Virus record (IMG/VR): IMGVR_UViG_3300027899_000001
Location: 310,001 to 374,000 of that record
Length of the DNA stretch: 64,000 nt
Direction: 5' to 3' (one strand)
Shown: one piece after another, positions 1 through 10,789 of the stretch
Position numbering within the stretch: position 1 is the stretch's first letter
Layout: every line of letters begins with the position of its first letter
Program-made: the position numbers and the translations under genes
Notes under the pieces: model-generated
The model's database searches: none
What the model was told of the DNA's origin: nothing
The model's input: the letters and a program-made list of their open reading frames with translations, nothing else

Positions 1-515
1 TCATCATTTATAGTATAATGTTTAATTTCATACTCATCTAACCATTTTTTTATTTTGATTTTAAATCCTATACCCATATCATAAATAGGATCTGATTCTT
101 CTGTAAAAGCCTCTGATATAGTATTTTTATTAAGTTCGCTTTCTTTAAAAACTTTAAAATATTTTTTCCAACGTGAAATTGACGCAGTATTTGTTGCTTG
201 AGAATATGTTCTTTCTTTTCCATTTAATATATTCTTTCTTATATCTAAAAATATTGGATTAATAGTGTATCCATAAGGAACAAGATTTAATTGTAATTCA
301 TTTTTTGATAAATGTTTTATGTGATATACTATGTATAAACCAGTAGCGGGAAATGGCGTCTTATCATTAAATGCAAAATATTTACTTTCTTTAAGACATC
401 TAAGAACATCTCCTACTTCAAGATTTTCAAAACCCTTATAACCTATTCCCATATCTTTAATAGGATCAAACTCTTCAGTAAATTTTTCGTTAATATGTTC
501 TCTAATCAATTTCAT
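1..515 (-). CDS. Partial protein with two copies of the EKFxEExDPIxDMGIG motif (runs off window edge)
   Basis: Manual translation MKLIREHINEKFTEEFDPIKDMGIG...ISEAFTEESDPIYDMGIG...IKKWLDEYEI; no stop before base 1; same architecture as 28438..29262. Confidence 0.8.
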   Translation of the reverse strand, partial: MKLIREHINEKFTEEFDPIKDMGIGYKGFENLEVGDVLRCLKESKYFAFNDKTPFPATGLYIVYHIKHLSKNELQLNLVPYGYTINPIFLDIRKNILNGKERTYSQATNTASISRWKKYFKVFKESELNKNTISEAFTEESDPIYDMGIGFKIKIKKWLDEYEIKHYTIND

Positions 516-871
516 TAATCTTTAATGATGTATTTTTCTGTTGGAATTATATGATATGTAAGAGTAGTTATTCCTTTTCCTTTTACATTTATTAATCCGT
601 CTCTATTCATAATTATTTCATCGACAAGAACTTCACAATGTTTTCGTGTAGAGGAGTATTTTCCAGCTTCATATAGATCCATTATTCCAGATATTCGTTT
701 TCCATGAAATTGATATACAAATTTTACCCATTTTTGCCATACTAGATTTTCAAAATCTTTGTATATAGAAAAATATTTATCTTCAAATACTATATATCCT
801 ATACCTAAATCATGTATTGGATCTGACTCTTCAGTAAATTTTTCGTATAATTTCTCCTTTAATTTTTTCAC
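515..871 (-). CDS. DPIxDMGIG-motif family protein
   Basis: ORF track; N-terminal EKFTEESDPIHDLGIG; stop overlaps next start (TAATG). Confidence 0.75.
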   Translation of the reverse strand: MKKLKEKLYEKFTEESDPIHDLGIGYIVFEDKYFSIYKDFENLVWQKWVKFVYQFHGKRISGIMDLYEAGKYSSTRKHCEVLVDEIIMNRDGLINVKGKGITTLTYHIIPTEKYIIKD

Positions 872-959
872 TCGAGATATTATTATTTGTTTTATATATT
901 CCTATATAAACGACAAAAGAGAGACTGAGGGAGTCTCTCTTAAATCGACAAGAGGGTTG

Positions 960-1652
960 TTATAAATTTATCAACATACTAGCAACTCTTTTATTTCCCC
1001 TGTCATCAATACAGGCAATAAAATCGCCGCCAAAAAAATCTAATCGAGGAGTAACCTGAGGAGTATGTCCAAACACCTGATTTATTCCGTTATAAGGATC
1101 GTCAAGAACTTCCATGTAATCTGCCCAAAGTGGACCCGGAGTTCCTCTTCCGCCTCTCATTCTTCCAACTTTCCATATTAATTCTTGTCTATCATGAATT
1201 CTATTTAATGTGTCATGAATTAATTCGCCTTCTTTCATTTCAGGTTTAATAAAAAATTCATCATAATTTGTAGTGTATCCCGCGTGAGTAGCAAGAGTAT
1301 ATTTTTTAGTTGTATCATTAGTATATCCCCAAGCCATTTGAAACAAATCTGCATTATCATCAAAAATCTTTTTATATTCCCATGCAAATTCGTATTGTTT
1401 TCCGGTTATACCATCTATGCCGTGCATATATGCATAATCATGATTTCCGATAAGAAGCGTAACTTGATCTTTATTTTTACGAGCAAAGTTACAAATATTA
1501 TTAAGATTATATAACTGTATACTACGTTTAACAAAGAAACTATCTACATAATCGCCAAGAAACACGATTTTATAGAAATTTTTCATTCCTTCTTTAGCGA
1601 GTTCTTCCCACTCTATTAATCCATGTATATCCCCTATAAATAGTACTTTCAT
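960..1652 (-). CDS. Calcineurin-like metallophosphoesterase
   Basis: GDIHG, GDYVD, GNHD, THAG, GHTP motifs. Confidence 0.9.
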   Translation of the reverse strand: MKVLFIGDIHGLIEWEELAKEGMKNFYKIVFLGDYVDSFFVKRSIQLYNLNNICNFARKNKDQVTLLIGNHDYAYMHGIDGITGKQYEFAWEYKKIFDDNADLFQMAWGYTNDTTKKYTLATHAGYTTNYDEFFIKPEMKEGELIHDTLNRIHDRQELIWKVGRMRGGRGTPGPLWADYMEVLDDPYNGINQVFGHTPQVTPRLDFFGGDFIACIDDRGNKRVASMLINL

Positions 1653-1718
1653 TTTGTTTGTTTTTTAATTATATGTAAATATAAACAAAATACTTGACAG
1701 AAAAAAATTATTTACATA

Positions 1719-1991
1719 TTAATTTGATAATTCCATCTTTACATGTGCAACAATTTCAGATATTTCTTCTATTTTATTTTGAATTATATCCATTTCTGAT
1801 AAATATACGCTTAAATTTGTGCAAATTTCTTGAAGATATTCTTCATTAATTGGCTGTTTATCTAATTCATCTGTTAGTTCATTGAATTGATTTTGAACTT
1901 TAGTGTAATTTTCCTTAAGTACATTTAATCTATCTTTGAACTCACCAAGCAGATAAACTTTTGCGGTGTGTTCAAAACTTTGAGTTGTCAT
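1719..1991 (-). CDS. Hypothetical coiled-coil protein
   Basis: ORF track, co-oriented. Confidence 0.6.
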   Translation of the reverse strand: MTTQSFEHTAKVYLLGEFKDRLNVLKENYTKVQNQFNELTDELDKQPINEEYLQEICTNLSVYLSEMDIIQNKIEEISEIVAHVKMELSN

Positions 1992-2011
1992 TTTATGAAG
2001 TATTTAACATT

Positions 2012-2200
2012 TTATTTTTTTTCGACATTTTTTTCTATATTTTCTATTATGCTAAGATTACAAGGAAATGAATATATAACTTGTTTTCCTTTATCATAAA
2101 ATCTATATACACCATCTTGTACTGAAAAAGAATAAGCATATATATTATAATTAAGATTAGCGCCGCCTGGATTTATTACCAGAATTTTATATAAGTTCAT
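2012..2200 (-). CDS. Hypothetical protein
   Basis: ORF track. Confidence 0.55.
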   Translation of the reverse strand: MNLYKILVINPGGANLNYNIYAYSFSVQDGVYRFYDKGKQVIYSFPCNLSIIENIEKNVEKK

Positions 2201-2204
2201 TGTA

Positions 2205-2504
2205 TTAAAATCTAAACATTCCCATGGATTTTAAAATTTGTGCTTTATATTCTGGAGAATTTTGTATCTTCAGAATTTGTTTATACAAATCAGATTGTTT
2301 TAAGAAATATTCAGGTATGAATATTGGGCAAATCAACCATATTAAACAAGATCTAACAAACCAAAATGGATAGTAATAAATTTTACCCAATTTAGTAATA
2401 AATCTCCAATCTTCTTTTATATATTCTTTATATACATAAAGAGTAAAAAGGATACAAAAATCTATAAATTTTTTCATTTTTCGTTTATTTGTTTTCGTAT
2501 TCAT
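2205..2504 (-). CDS. Hypothetical protein
   Basis: ORF track. Confidence 0.55.
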   Translation of the reverse strand: MNTKTNKRKMKKFIDFCILFTLYVYKEYIKEDWRFITKLGKIYYYPFWFVRSCLIWLICPIFIPEYFLKQSDLYKQILKIQNSPEYKAQILKSMGMFRF

Positions 2505-2623
2505 CTTCTAAAATTATTTCATCATCAGATTGATCGTTATCATTATCTTTTATTAAATAACGAGCTTTTGGTTTTTCTTCTTTTTTCTTTAAACCAAATT
2601 TCTTTTCGTCTTCATCATAACCG

Positions 2624-2794
2624 TTATACATCTTCTTTATCTCTAGTAAAATACAAATAAATCGGGCAGAATATACAAAGTCCTATAGCAGACCATGTTA
2701 CTGCGGCAGGTGTAAATGGTACAAATAAAAACGAAATTGCCGCGCCTGTTATCCATCCTATTGTAATTGTTAACGCTCTGTAAAATGTTTTCAT
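2624..2794 (-). CDS. Small membrane protein (56 aa)
   Basis: Manual translation MKTFYRALTITIGWITGAAISFLFVPF...; directly downstream of promoter motif at 2817. Confidence 0.55.
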   Translation of the reverse strand: MKTFYRALTITIGWITGAAISFLFVPFTPAAVTWSAIGLCIFCPIYLYFTRDKEDV

Positions 2795-2860
2795 GATTAT
2801 AGTTTTTAATTATAGAGTAAATATAATCAATATTCTTGACAGAAAAAAATATTTAATGGA

Positions 2861-3166
2861 TTATTTCTTATTTGCCCATCCACGTCCATCAAATCTAACT
2901 CCACGAAGATTTATAGGCATTAATCTTGGTTCAGAATAATAATCAAAATGTCGAATCCATCCAACTTTACACATTTCATTAGCCATTCTTTTTAACAATT
3001 TCTTAACAAGTTCTGCAGTAGGCTTAGATACTATTTCATATGTTATCCATGTAGTTGATGTATCAGAATAACTAATTCGTGTTGGAGTAGCAGTACTATC
3101 AGCAGTGCTTACAGTATAATAACTAGGAGTAGTTAAAGTTGTTTCATTTCTATAATCTGGCGCCAT
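2861..3166 (-). CDS. Hypothetical protein, Thr/Ser-rich N-terminus
   Basis: ORF track. Confidence 0.55.
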   Translation of the reverse strand: MAPDYRNETTLTTPSYYTVSTADSTATPTRISYSDTSTTWITYEIVSKPTAELVKKLLKRMANEMCKVGWIRHFDYYSEPRLMPINLRGVRFDGRGWANKK

Positions 3167-3179
3167 AATTAAAAATTTG

Positions 3180-3251
3180 TGAAGATATCAGGACTCGAAC
3201 CCGAACCAAGAGAGTCGAAATCTCGTATGCTATCCATTACACTATATCTCC
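3180..3251 (-). tRNA. trnR-TCG: tRNA-Arg(TCG)
   Basis: Cloverleaf; acceptor GGAGATA/TATCTTC; loop TT-TCG-AC; T-loop TTCGAGT. Confidence 0.75.
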
Positions 3252-3264
3252 ATTTTATTATATA

Positions 3265-3654
3265 TCAATACCAACTTTGTTCTAACACTTTATTACCATA
3301 ATTAAGTTGGCATACTTTATATTTAACAGTTTCTTCTAGATTTTCAACCATATAAACCCATGATGACCAAGCTGTAGTAGTCTGATATTCTCTTCTTATA
3401 TAAAGCCTTTCACCTTGAACAAAACGACATTCTTTGGCATAAAGTAATATTAAACCATTTGTATCTGTTAAAGTAGTTGTAATGTATATTAACGAAGGGT
3501 CTCCTCTACGTTGTTTTTGTATATTATTATAATAAAGAAAATTTCCAGCATATTTTTTAGTAATAAATAGTTCATCTTCTACATATACACTACTTTTTTT
3601 AGATACAACACAAGACATTAAAAAAATTAATATAATGCTTATTGCTTTTTTCAT
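3265..3654 (-). CDS. Putative lipoprotein
   Basis: Signal peptide ending LMSC. Confidence 0.6.
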   Translation of the reverse strand: MKKAISIILIFLMSCVVSKKSSVYVEDELFITKKYAGNFLYYNNIQKQRRGDPSLIYITTTLTDTNGLILLYAKECRFVQGERLYIRREYQTTTAWSSWVYMVENLEETVKYKVCQLNYGNKVLEQSWY

Positions 3655-5078
3655 AAATCTAGATTTCCTTTTTGTTGATGAACGTTAGTATTCCTTTCCC
3701 TTTTAATTTTTCCCCAGCTTTTAGTTTTATTAAATACATATTGAAAATTTCCTTTCACTGCAAAGAATGCAACCATGAAATAAAGGAAAGACTCGATTAT
3801 AGAAACAAGTATTAAATTAAATACATCAACTTTTCTTCTATATTTATGAAATGTTAACTCTTCATAAAGAACTGCCCAAGTTGACAAGAATATAGAAAAG
3901 GAGTAAATAAATCCTGTTAATATCAAGAAAAATGGCCAATTAATTGCTGAAGTTGCAATAAGATATACAGTAAATAACATTCCTATTAAAGCAAGTAAAG
4001 GAGCAATAAATTCAAATATAAGCCAAAAAGGATATCCTATTAAACCAAGTTTACCATATTTTGGATTAAATAACATTTTACGATAATTTATTAAACAATC
4101 CATTAATCCTCTTGACCAACGAGATCTTTGATTACCAAGAGATTTAATATCTGATGGAACTTGAGTCCAACAAAGAGGATCAGGAATATAAGTGACAGTA
4201 TATTTGTGTTTATGTTCAGCCATGTAAGCTCTCATTTTAAGAACCATATCCATATCTTCACCCACAGATTTAACATCAAATCCACCACAGGCAACCATAG
4301 TCTTTCTATCAAACATACCCATAGCTCCTGATATAAGCATTAATCCATCAAGTTCGCTCCAAGCCATACGACCAAGAAGAAAGGCACGGGTATATTCTAA
4401 TACTTGTAATTTAGGAAGTAATTTATTAGGAAGATTTATTTTTACAACACGTCCTTTTTCTACTTCACAAGAATTTAAGATACGAATAACTCCTCCTGTT
4501 CCAATTACTTTACTATCTTTTTCTTCAAGGAAAGGTTTCACAAGTTTTACAATAGAGTCGGGTTCTATAATAGAGTCAGCATCTATAGTAATAACTAAAT
4601 CATTTTTACACACGTTTAATGCTGCATTAAGAGCATCAGATTTACTTCCAGCATTTTCTTTATCAATAACCATTATACGTTTATATTCAGGTAATGCTGA
4701 TTTGTATATTCCTCGTATTCTTCCACAAGGAATAAGATAATCAAAATAATACTCAACTTTTTCAAGTTCAAATGTATTTTTCATAAGTTCAAATGTTTTA
4801 TCACTTGAACCATCATTAACTATAATTGCGTCAAAATTAACGTAATGTAATCCTATAAGAGTTTTAACATTATCTACAATTGTTTTTTCTTCATTATACG
4901 CTGGTATTATTATAGATACAGGCGGAGATAACGGAGAAGTTGCAACATCACCATAATCTACATAACTATTCTTTCTTGTATATCTTCGTAAAGAAGTTGA
5001 AGAATATATTCCAAGAAAAATATAGGCTATGAAGATAACTAAAGTAAAAAAGAAAATAAAATTTACTAAGAATATCAT
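3651..5078 (-). CDS. Glycosyltransferase family 2 (processive, PgaC/NfrB-like)
   Basis: IIIPAYNE, DGS, DADS, GEDMD, QRSRW motifs plus TM helices. Confidence 0.9.
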   Translation of the reverse strand: MIFLVNFIFFFTLVIFIAYIFLGIYSSTSLRRYTRKNSYVDYGDVATSPLSPPVSIIIPAYNEEKTIVDNVKTLIGLHYVNFDAIIVNDGSSDKTFELMKNTFELEKVEYYFDYLIPCGRIRGIYKSALPEYKRIMVIDKENAGSKSDALNAALNVCKNDLVITIDADSIIEPDSIVKLVKPFLEEKDSKVIGTGGVIRILNSCEVEKGRVVKINLPNKLLPKLQVLEYTRAFLLGRMAWSELDGLMLISGAMGMFDRKTMVACGGFDVKSVGEDMDMVLKMRAYMAEHKHKYTVTYIPDPLCWTQVPSDIKSLGNQRSRWSRGLMDCLINYRKMLFNPKYGKLGLIGYPFWLIFEFIAPLLALIGMLFTVYLIATSAINWPFFLILTGFIYSFSIFLSTWAVLYEELTFHKYRRKVDVFNLILVSIIESFLYFMVAFFAVKGNFQYVFNKTKSWGKIKRERNTNVHQQKGNLDL

Positions 5079-5088
5079 GATTTTTATT

Positions 5089-6354
5089 TTAAATTATTCT
5101 ATGATCTAATACATGTTTTACAATAATGTTATAGTCTTTATAATCAGAGACTAACATCTTTTTAAGAGCGGCTTCACCTGCATCTCCACAATTATGAATT
5201 GCTTTGGCAGCTTCAATTTGTAAATCTGCAGAATCTTCTTTATCAAGAGCAATTTGTAAAAATCTAATAAATTTAGGTTCTCCTGATTTACCAATAGATC
5301 TAAGTATTTCTAGTTGATTTTCTGGAGTTTCGGCGTGATATCGTGTTTTTACATGTTTAAGACTATCTACAAGTTTTAGATCACCTATAACCTGAATAGT
5401 TAATTTTCTTACTGCTTCATCTGAATGATATAAAAGATTTTCAAGTTTCTTAAAATTCCAAACCTGTTTGTATTCTCTTATCATACGTAAACAAAACATA
5501 CATACAGAAGTATTTTCTAATAAAACCCATTTTCCAAAATCAGGAGGTTTAACATCTCTTTCAACCATAACTTGATGAAGAGTTATTTGTTCCCATAAAG
5601 AAAATTGAGTTTTTAGTTTTCCTAAAAACTCAAATGGATTTGCATTTTTATCTTCTTTTGATAAATCAACTAATGCAATTTGTGCTTCTATTCGAACTAG
5701 ATCATTTTTAGAATTAATACATCTATAAAGGTGTTTATTCTCTGATGTAATATTCATTGCATATAATTCCTTAAATCCTTTTATTTTTTTATGCCAATGT
5801 CTACTATGAATTTTTCTAATTGTATTTTTATGAAGATTTAATTCACGATAAAGTCTTTGTAATCTTTCATTATTTAATAAAGTAAGACTAAGATTAAGAT
5901 CACAAAACATATCAATTAATAATTGACGTTTATATCTACTCTTAGCATTTTCTTTAAAATAATCTACATATATTTTAAGTGTATAAAAATCATCTAATTT
6001 GCTACTCATATTAATAAGATAGTCCATAAGTTTCTTTTGATACAAAGGAAGCATCTTATCTCGTATTTTTTGACGTCTTTCAAGTTTTTTTCTATTTCCA
6101 AATATAAAAATAGAAAGAAACATCATTATTGATAACGTAACAATAATAGATCCTACAAGAAAATCTACTATTCTAATCGAATGATTAAAAATATTAATCT
6201 GGTACACCCATAGATTATAACTTTGGTTGGTTGCAGCTGCTTGAAATCCAAATCCCAAAATTAATAATACTATTAATAATACAAAAACTCCAATAATTTT
6301 TTTCATCTTAAATAATAAGTTAATGAGATTGCGCCAGTATATCGATTTCTCCAC
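5089..6354 (-). CDS. HEAT-repeat membrane-anchored protein
   Basis: N-terminal TM helices, C-terminal helical repeats; true start probably near 6306. Confidence 0.7.
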   Translation of the reverse strand: MEKSIYWRNLINLLFKMKKIIGVFVLLIVLLILGFGFQAAATNQSYNLWVYQINIFNHSIRIVDFLVGSIIVTLSIMMFLSIFIFGNRKKLERRQKIRDKMLPLYQKKLMDYLINMSSKLDDFYTLKIYVDYFKENAKSRYKRQLLIDMFCDLNLSLTLLNNERLQRLYRELNLHKNTIRKIHSRHWHKKIKGFKELYAMNITSENKHLYRCINSKNDLVRIEAQIALVDLSKEDKNANPFEFLGKLKTQFSLWEQITLHQVMVERDVKPPDFGKWVLLENTSVCMFCLRMIREYKQVWNFKKLENLLYHSDEAVRKLTIQVIGDLKLVDSLKHVKTRYHAETPENQLEILRSIGKSGEPKFIRFLQIALDKEDSADLQIEAAKAIHNCGDAGEAALKKMLVSDYKDYNIIVKHVLDHRII

Positions 6355-7097
6355 ATATCTGTATAATATTCTTCATATGAATATCCAACGCCAGCTCTTA
6401 GTTGTAATGTATTTAATTTATTGATATATGTAGTTACGTTTACACGTATTGTATGAGCAGTTAATACTGAGGTGTTAATCCAGGGTTCATCCTGTGCTGC
6501 ACCAGTCATTAAAGATAATTGGACATAGTTAACATCCTTCCAAAAATATCTTCCATTTAATTGATACGCGAGTCGAGCATCGGGATCTTTTAAATATACA
6601 TAAGTTTCTCCTTCAACCCAAAATCTGCCCGTATATTTTTCCAATCCACCTGTAATTGTAAATAAATTTTTATCATAATAGTAATATCGTAAGCCTCCAG
6701 ATGCAAGAAATCCTTTTCCTAATTGTTGCCATACTCTACCTATAGCTCTATGTTCTGGAAAATTAGGACCAGTTGAATATGCATAATTTAACCAAAGATT
6801 TGTAGTTTTAGTTAATTTATGATAAAAATCAAACTCGAATTGAATTTGAATTGGAATAGGAGTCATATCTCTCGTTATAGAATCAGGAACATATAACTGA
6901 CCTATATTAAAAGACTGAAAATACGCGCCATTAAATCCTTTATATCCACCGCCTATAGTGTAAATATTAAAGGCTCTTTCATCAGGTTGATAAAATATGT
7001 CTGTATTAAATCCACTAATTAAAGCGCCTGCACCTTCATTTTGTGCAAAAGTTTTAATAGATATAAACAATAAAATTAAAAAACATAATTTTTTCAT
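6303..7097 (-). CDS. YaiO-family outer-membrane beta-barrel protein
   Basis: Signal peptide, alternating beta-strand pattern, typical neighbour of GT2+HEAT genes. Confidence 0.65.
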   Translation of the reverse strand: MKKLCFLILLFISIKTFAQNEGAGALISGFNTDIFYQPDERAFNIYTIGGGYKGFNGAYFQSFNIGQLYVPDSITRDMTPIPIQIQFEFDFYHKLTKTTNLWLNYAYSTGPNFPEHRAIGRVWQQLGKGFLASGGLRYYYYDKNLFTITGGLEKYTGRFWVEGETYVYLKDPDARLAYQLNGRYFWKDVNYVQLSLMTGAAQDEPWINTSVLTAHTIRVNVTTYINKLNTLQLRAGVGYSYEEYYTDMWRNRYTGAISLTYYLR

Positions 7098-7261
7098 GTT
7101 CTGTGTATTTGTTAATAAAGAGCAAATATAATAAAAAAATTTGACAAATAAAAATATATTGTCATTTATTTACAACTTCTCCGCATTTTGGACATATCTT
7201 TGTATCTTGTTTATTAACAAAGAAAATTACTTCTCCACATGTTGGACATATTTTTGTATCT

Positions 7262-7507
7262 TTATCCATGTTCAATATTCCATTTATGATTTCTTTCTAC
7301 ACTATAAAAAATACAATTAGATATAATTACATTTTTACAGCCTTCTTCTAAATGTATACCTGAATCTCCATAATATTTAAATTCACATTTTTCTATAGAA
7401 ACATTAGAATTTGATACATGATGTTTTCTATAGAATATAAATGTCTTGTTTAATATTTGTGGAGTATCAGAATTTACTAATACATCAAATAAATCATCGT
7501 CAGTCAT
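7262..7507 (-). CDS. Hypothetical protein (beta-helix-like repeat)
   Basis: ORF track. Confidence 0.5.
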   Translation of the reverse strand: MTDDDLFDVLVNSDTPQILNKTFIFYRKHHVSNSNVSIEKCEFKYYGDSGIHLEEGCKNVIISNCIFYSVERNHKWNIEHG

Positions 7508-7509
7508 TA

Positions 7510-8007
7510 TTAAAAAATATTCATTGATACACTACTTATTTCTAAATCAAAATCTTTAAAATCTCTAAATTTTTCAGCATCAATTTTAGATCTTTCTATT
7601 ATTTTTTTATCATTCCATCCTCTTTTTTCCATTCGAGGTATTCTTACTTTATATAAGGGTGTATTGACAAAAATAATTAAACATTCTGGACGATGTATAG
7701 GAAGTATTTTACTTATTCCATCTGTTTCCATAATAAAGATATCAGCATTTTCCCACTCAAATAAACCTGTTCCATAGTAATTATCACCATACTGAACCCA
7801 TTCATAAAATAAATTATCTGTTATTCTTACTTTAAATTCATCTTTAGATATAAAATTATAATCAACTCCATCTGCTTCGCCTTCTCTTGGAGATCTTGAT
7901 GTATACGATACATCTCCCTTAAATCCTTTGTCTACAAATTTTTGACGAATATAATTTTTTCCTGCTGCACTTGGGCCAACTAAAATAATTCTTTTATGTT
8001 TATTCAT
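7510..8007 (-). CDS. gmk: Guanylate kinase
   Basis: GPSAAGK P-loop, YTSRSPREGEADGVDYNF, YGDNYYGT. Confidence 0.9.
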   Translation of the reverse strand: MNKHKRIILVGPSAAGKNYIRQKFVDKGFKGDVSYTSRSPREGEADGVDYNFISKDEFKVRITDNLFYEWVQYGDNYYGTGLFEWENADIFIMETDGISKILPIHRPECLIIFVNTPLYKVRIPRMEKRGWNDKKIIERSKIDAEKFRDFKDFDLEISSVSMNIF

Positions 8008-8053
8008 ATATGTTTAATTATTATATAAATGTAATATGTAATTGTTTTATTAT

Positions 8054-10585
8054 TTACCTTAAAAATGTAACATCGCCAACTTTTTCGAAGTAATCACCAT
8101 TTATGTATCTTCCTGAGGCTCTCCATACATAAACTCCTTGAGGCGCAAGATTTCCATCTTCAAAATATCCATCCCAGCCTTTCATTAAATCTCTACTTTC
8201 ATAGATAAGAACTCCCCATCTATTAAATATTTGAAGATAATATTCTATGACATTTTCAAAATGAGGTCTAAAAACATAATCCATTTCTGAATATACTCCT
8301 TCTTGCCATTGTCCACCAGTTGGTCCTGAACCATTCCATTTAAAAGCATTTGGAAATTTTATAGTTCCTCCTGACCATTTAACAGTTATGGGTAAATTAC
8401 TTAATACATTATCACTGCATCCGTAATCATTTTTTGCATATAATGTAACCCAGTAAGAACCTTCATTCTCATATTTATGCCAAGGATTTATATCATAACT
8501 TAATTCGGTTCCATCTCCAAAATCCCATGCATAATAATCTGCGTACTGAGAATAATTATAAAATGTAACTATTTGAGTATTACTATAAATATCTTTAGGA
8601 TAATAATCAAATGATGCAATAGGACTTTGAAATACAGTAACCATTCCTTGGTGAAAAGAAGATCCTGCAATATTATATACAGTTAATCTTACAATATAAG
8701 AACCTGGAAGATTATAAGTATGTACAGGATTAAATTCATTAGAATAAGATCTATCTCCAAAATCCCATAAATATGATTCTCCATATACACTTAAATTTCT
8801 AAATGTAACTACCATTGGATTACATCCTACAGTATCTGGAGCAAAATAAGCTAAAGGAACAGGAGGCAATACAACTTGAATATGAATAGTATCAAATGTC
8901 GTGCATCCCCATTGATCAGGAGGAATAGTATATGTAACTACATGTTCTCCTATATCTGCAATTTTTGGATCAAAGGTGGAGCCCACAACTCCTATTCCAC
9001 TCCAAATTCCGCCTTCAGGTGTTGCATGTAATACTACAGATGGTCTATTAAGAAAAATAGTTCCGACTTGTTGTATTTCTATATTAGGAATAGGCATTAC
9101 AGTTACAATAGTGCTATCTACATCTTGGCAATCTGTATTTACAATATTATAGACTATTAAATGATCTCCAGGACCTGTAATTTCTGGATGAAATACATTT
9201 CCAATCATTCCTAATCCTGTCCAAATTCCACCTAAATCATGTGTATTTACTGTAATAGGCGTACTATTCACACATAAAGTATCTACAGGAGTTATCGTTG
9301 CATTCGGAGTTGCTACAGTTATAGTTGTTGTATCACTATTACTACATCCACTTACATTTATACTATAAATAATTCTATGATTTCCCGATCCCGCCAAAAT
9401 AGGATCAAATACATTTCCTACAACTCCTGCTCCTATCCATGTGCCTCCTGGATCATGTGCTACTAAAGTAACAGGCGCATCAGAAGAACATACTATACTT
9501 GGTGCAGATATCGTTGGATCAGGAATTGGCGATACTCTTATATATGTTGTATCACTATCACTGCATCCTTCTCCACTTGTTATTGTATGTATAATTCTAT
9601 GATTTCCTGGGCCTGCAACTGTAGGATTAAAAATATTTCCCGAAACTCCGGGTCCTGACCATTCTCCATTTGGAGACACACTTGTTAAAGTTACAGGATT
9701 TGCATTTGAACACATCGAATCAACAGGATTGATTGCTGCATCGGGATAAGGAACTATTAATATAATAGCAGTTGTAACCACTGGAGGAAAATCTCCATTT
9801 ACTTTATCTCTTGGTTGTCCGGGAATACTTGGGTCATCATAAGGATTACAATAATTCCAGTTTCGTAATGTTACTTGAAAATATTGTCCAACTAATTTAT
9901 CATTAGCTACATTCATTACATCTGAATAAACACCCGATCCTGTAACAGGACCAGGAAGAGTAATTATGCGAGCTGTATCTGGATACATTGTAGAATGTCC
10001 ATCTATTGTAACAGGAATTCCTGTCATAGTTATATCAGTTCCATAAATCCATTGTATCCATCTTGTATTAATATTTGGATTATCTCTTTCTTGAGGTGGA
10101 ACACAATTAAATAAAGTTAAATCTTGAAATCTAACATCTGCTCCATTTCCAAAGCATATTGGATAAACAGTAGGATCAATATGCATACGTCCACCATTAT
10201 GATTATCATCATCCCATACAGTTACTATTTGTTCTTGTGCTGAAGAAGTGCAAAGAACACCATTAACTCTAAGCATCGCTTGAGGATGATAATTACAAAC
10301 ATCTCCAGCTGACGTATAGGTATTAGTTGCCGTTGCTTGAAAAATACCAGGACCTACCATAACTGCTGGAACATCTACAACAGTACCATTATTCCAATCA
10401 AATTGAATACTTACAGGCGTACCAGCATCATTAACTCCAGTATAACTTACATTCCAAACTGCTATAACAGGAGAACATAATTTATCTGGAGTAATATTAT
10501 TAGCTTTAGAAAATATTGTACAAGTTTGCCCAAAAATATTAAGCGAAAGAAATGATAAAATTAAATATAGAAACCATTTTTTCAT
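8054..10585 (-). CDS. PKD-domain protein with T9SS type-B (gliding-motility) C-terminal sorting domain
   Basis: Signal peptide, SGxGV repeats, YLWDFGD PKD motifs, C-terminal IFNRWGVLIYES...GWDG...GVYVW. Confidence 0.85.
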   Translation of the reverse strand: MKKWFLYLILSFLSLNIFGQTCTIFSKANNITPDKLCSPVIAVWNVSYTGVNDAGTPVSIQFDWNNGTVVDVPAVMVGPGIFQATATNTYTSAGDVCNYHPQAMLRVNGVLCTSSAQEQIVTVWDDDNHNGGRMHIDPTVYPICFGNGADVRFQDLTLFNCVPPQERDNPNINTRWIQWIYGTDITMTGIPVTIDGHSTMYPDTARIITLPGPVTGSGVYSDVMNVANDKLVGQYFQVTLRNWNYCNPYDDPSIPGQPRDKVNGDFPPVVTTAIILIVPYPDAAINPVDSMCSNANPVTLTSVSPNGEWSGPGVSGNIFNPTVAGPGNHRIIHTITSGEGCSDSDTTYIRVSPIPDPTISAPSIVCSSDAPVTLVAHDPGGTWIGAGVVGNVFDPILAGSGNHRIIYSINVSGCSNSDTTTITVATPNATITPVDTLCVNSTPITVNTHDLGGIWTGLGMIGNVFHPEITGPGDHLIVYNIVNTDCQDVDSTIVTVMPIPNIEIQQVGTIFLNRPSVVLHATPEGGIWSGIGVVGSTFDPKIADIGEHVVTYTIPPDQWGCTTFDTIHIQVVLPPVPLAYFAPDTVGCNPMVVTFRNLSVYGESYLWDFGDRSYSNEFNPVHTYNLPGSYIVRLTVYNIAGSSFHQGMVTVFQSPIASFDYYPKDIYSNTQIVTFYNYSQYADYYAWDFGDGTELSYDINPWHKYENEGSYWVTLYAKNDYGCSDNVLSNLPITVKWSGGTIKFPNAFKWNGSGPTGGQWQEGVYSEMDYVFRPHFENVIEYYLQIFNRWGVLIYESRDLMKGWDGYFEDGNLAPQGVYVWRASGRYINGDYFEKVGDVTFLR

Positions 10586-10785
10586 TAAATTTCTTTAAAC
10601 TTTGTCATTTGAATAGGCTTAAGACCATCAAAGCGAATTGTATATTCATACCATGCTGGATGCATTCCACGAATTCTATCAGTAAGTTCTTCAGCTTTAT
10701 ATGCTTTTTTCCAAACTTCACTATCATTAATATGAGAATTCATTTGTTTATCAAATGTGGGGCTAATTACCTTTTCGTCTGTCAT
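10585..10785 (-). CDS. Hypothetical protein
   Basis: ORF track, abuts neighbours. Confidence 0.55.
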   Translation of the reverse strand: MTDEKVISPTFDKQMNSHINDSEVWKKAYKAEELTDRIRGMHPAWYEYTIRFDGLKPIQMTKFKEI

Positions 10786-10789
10786 GTTT

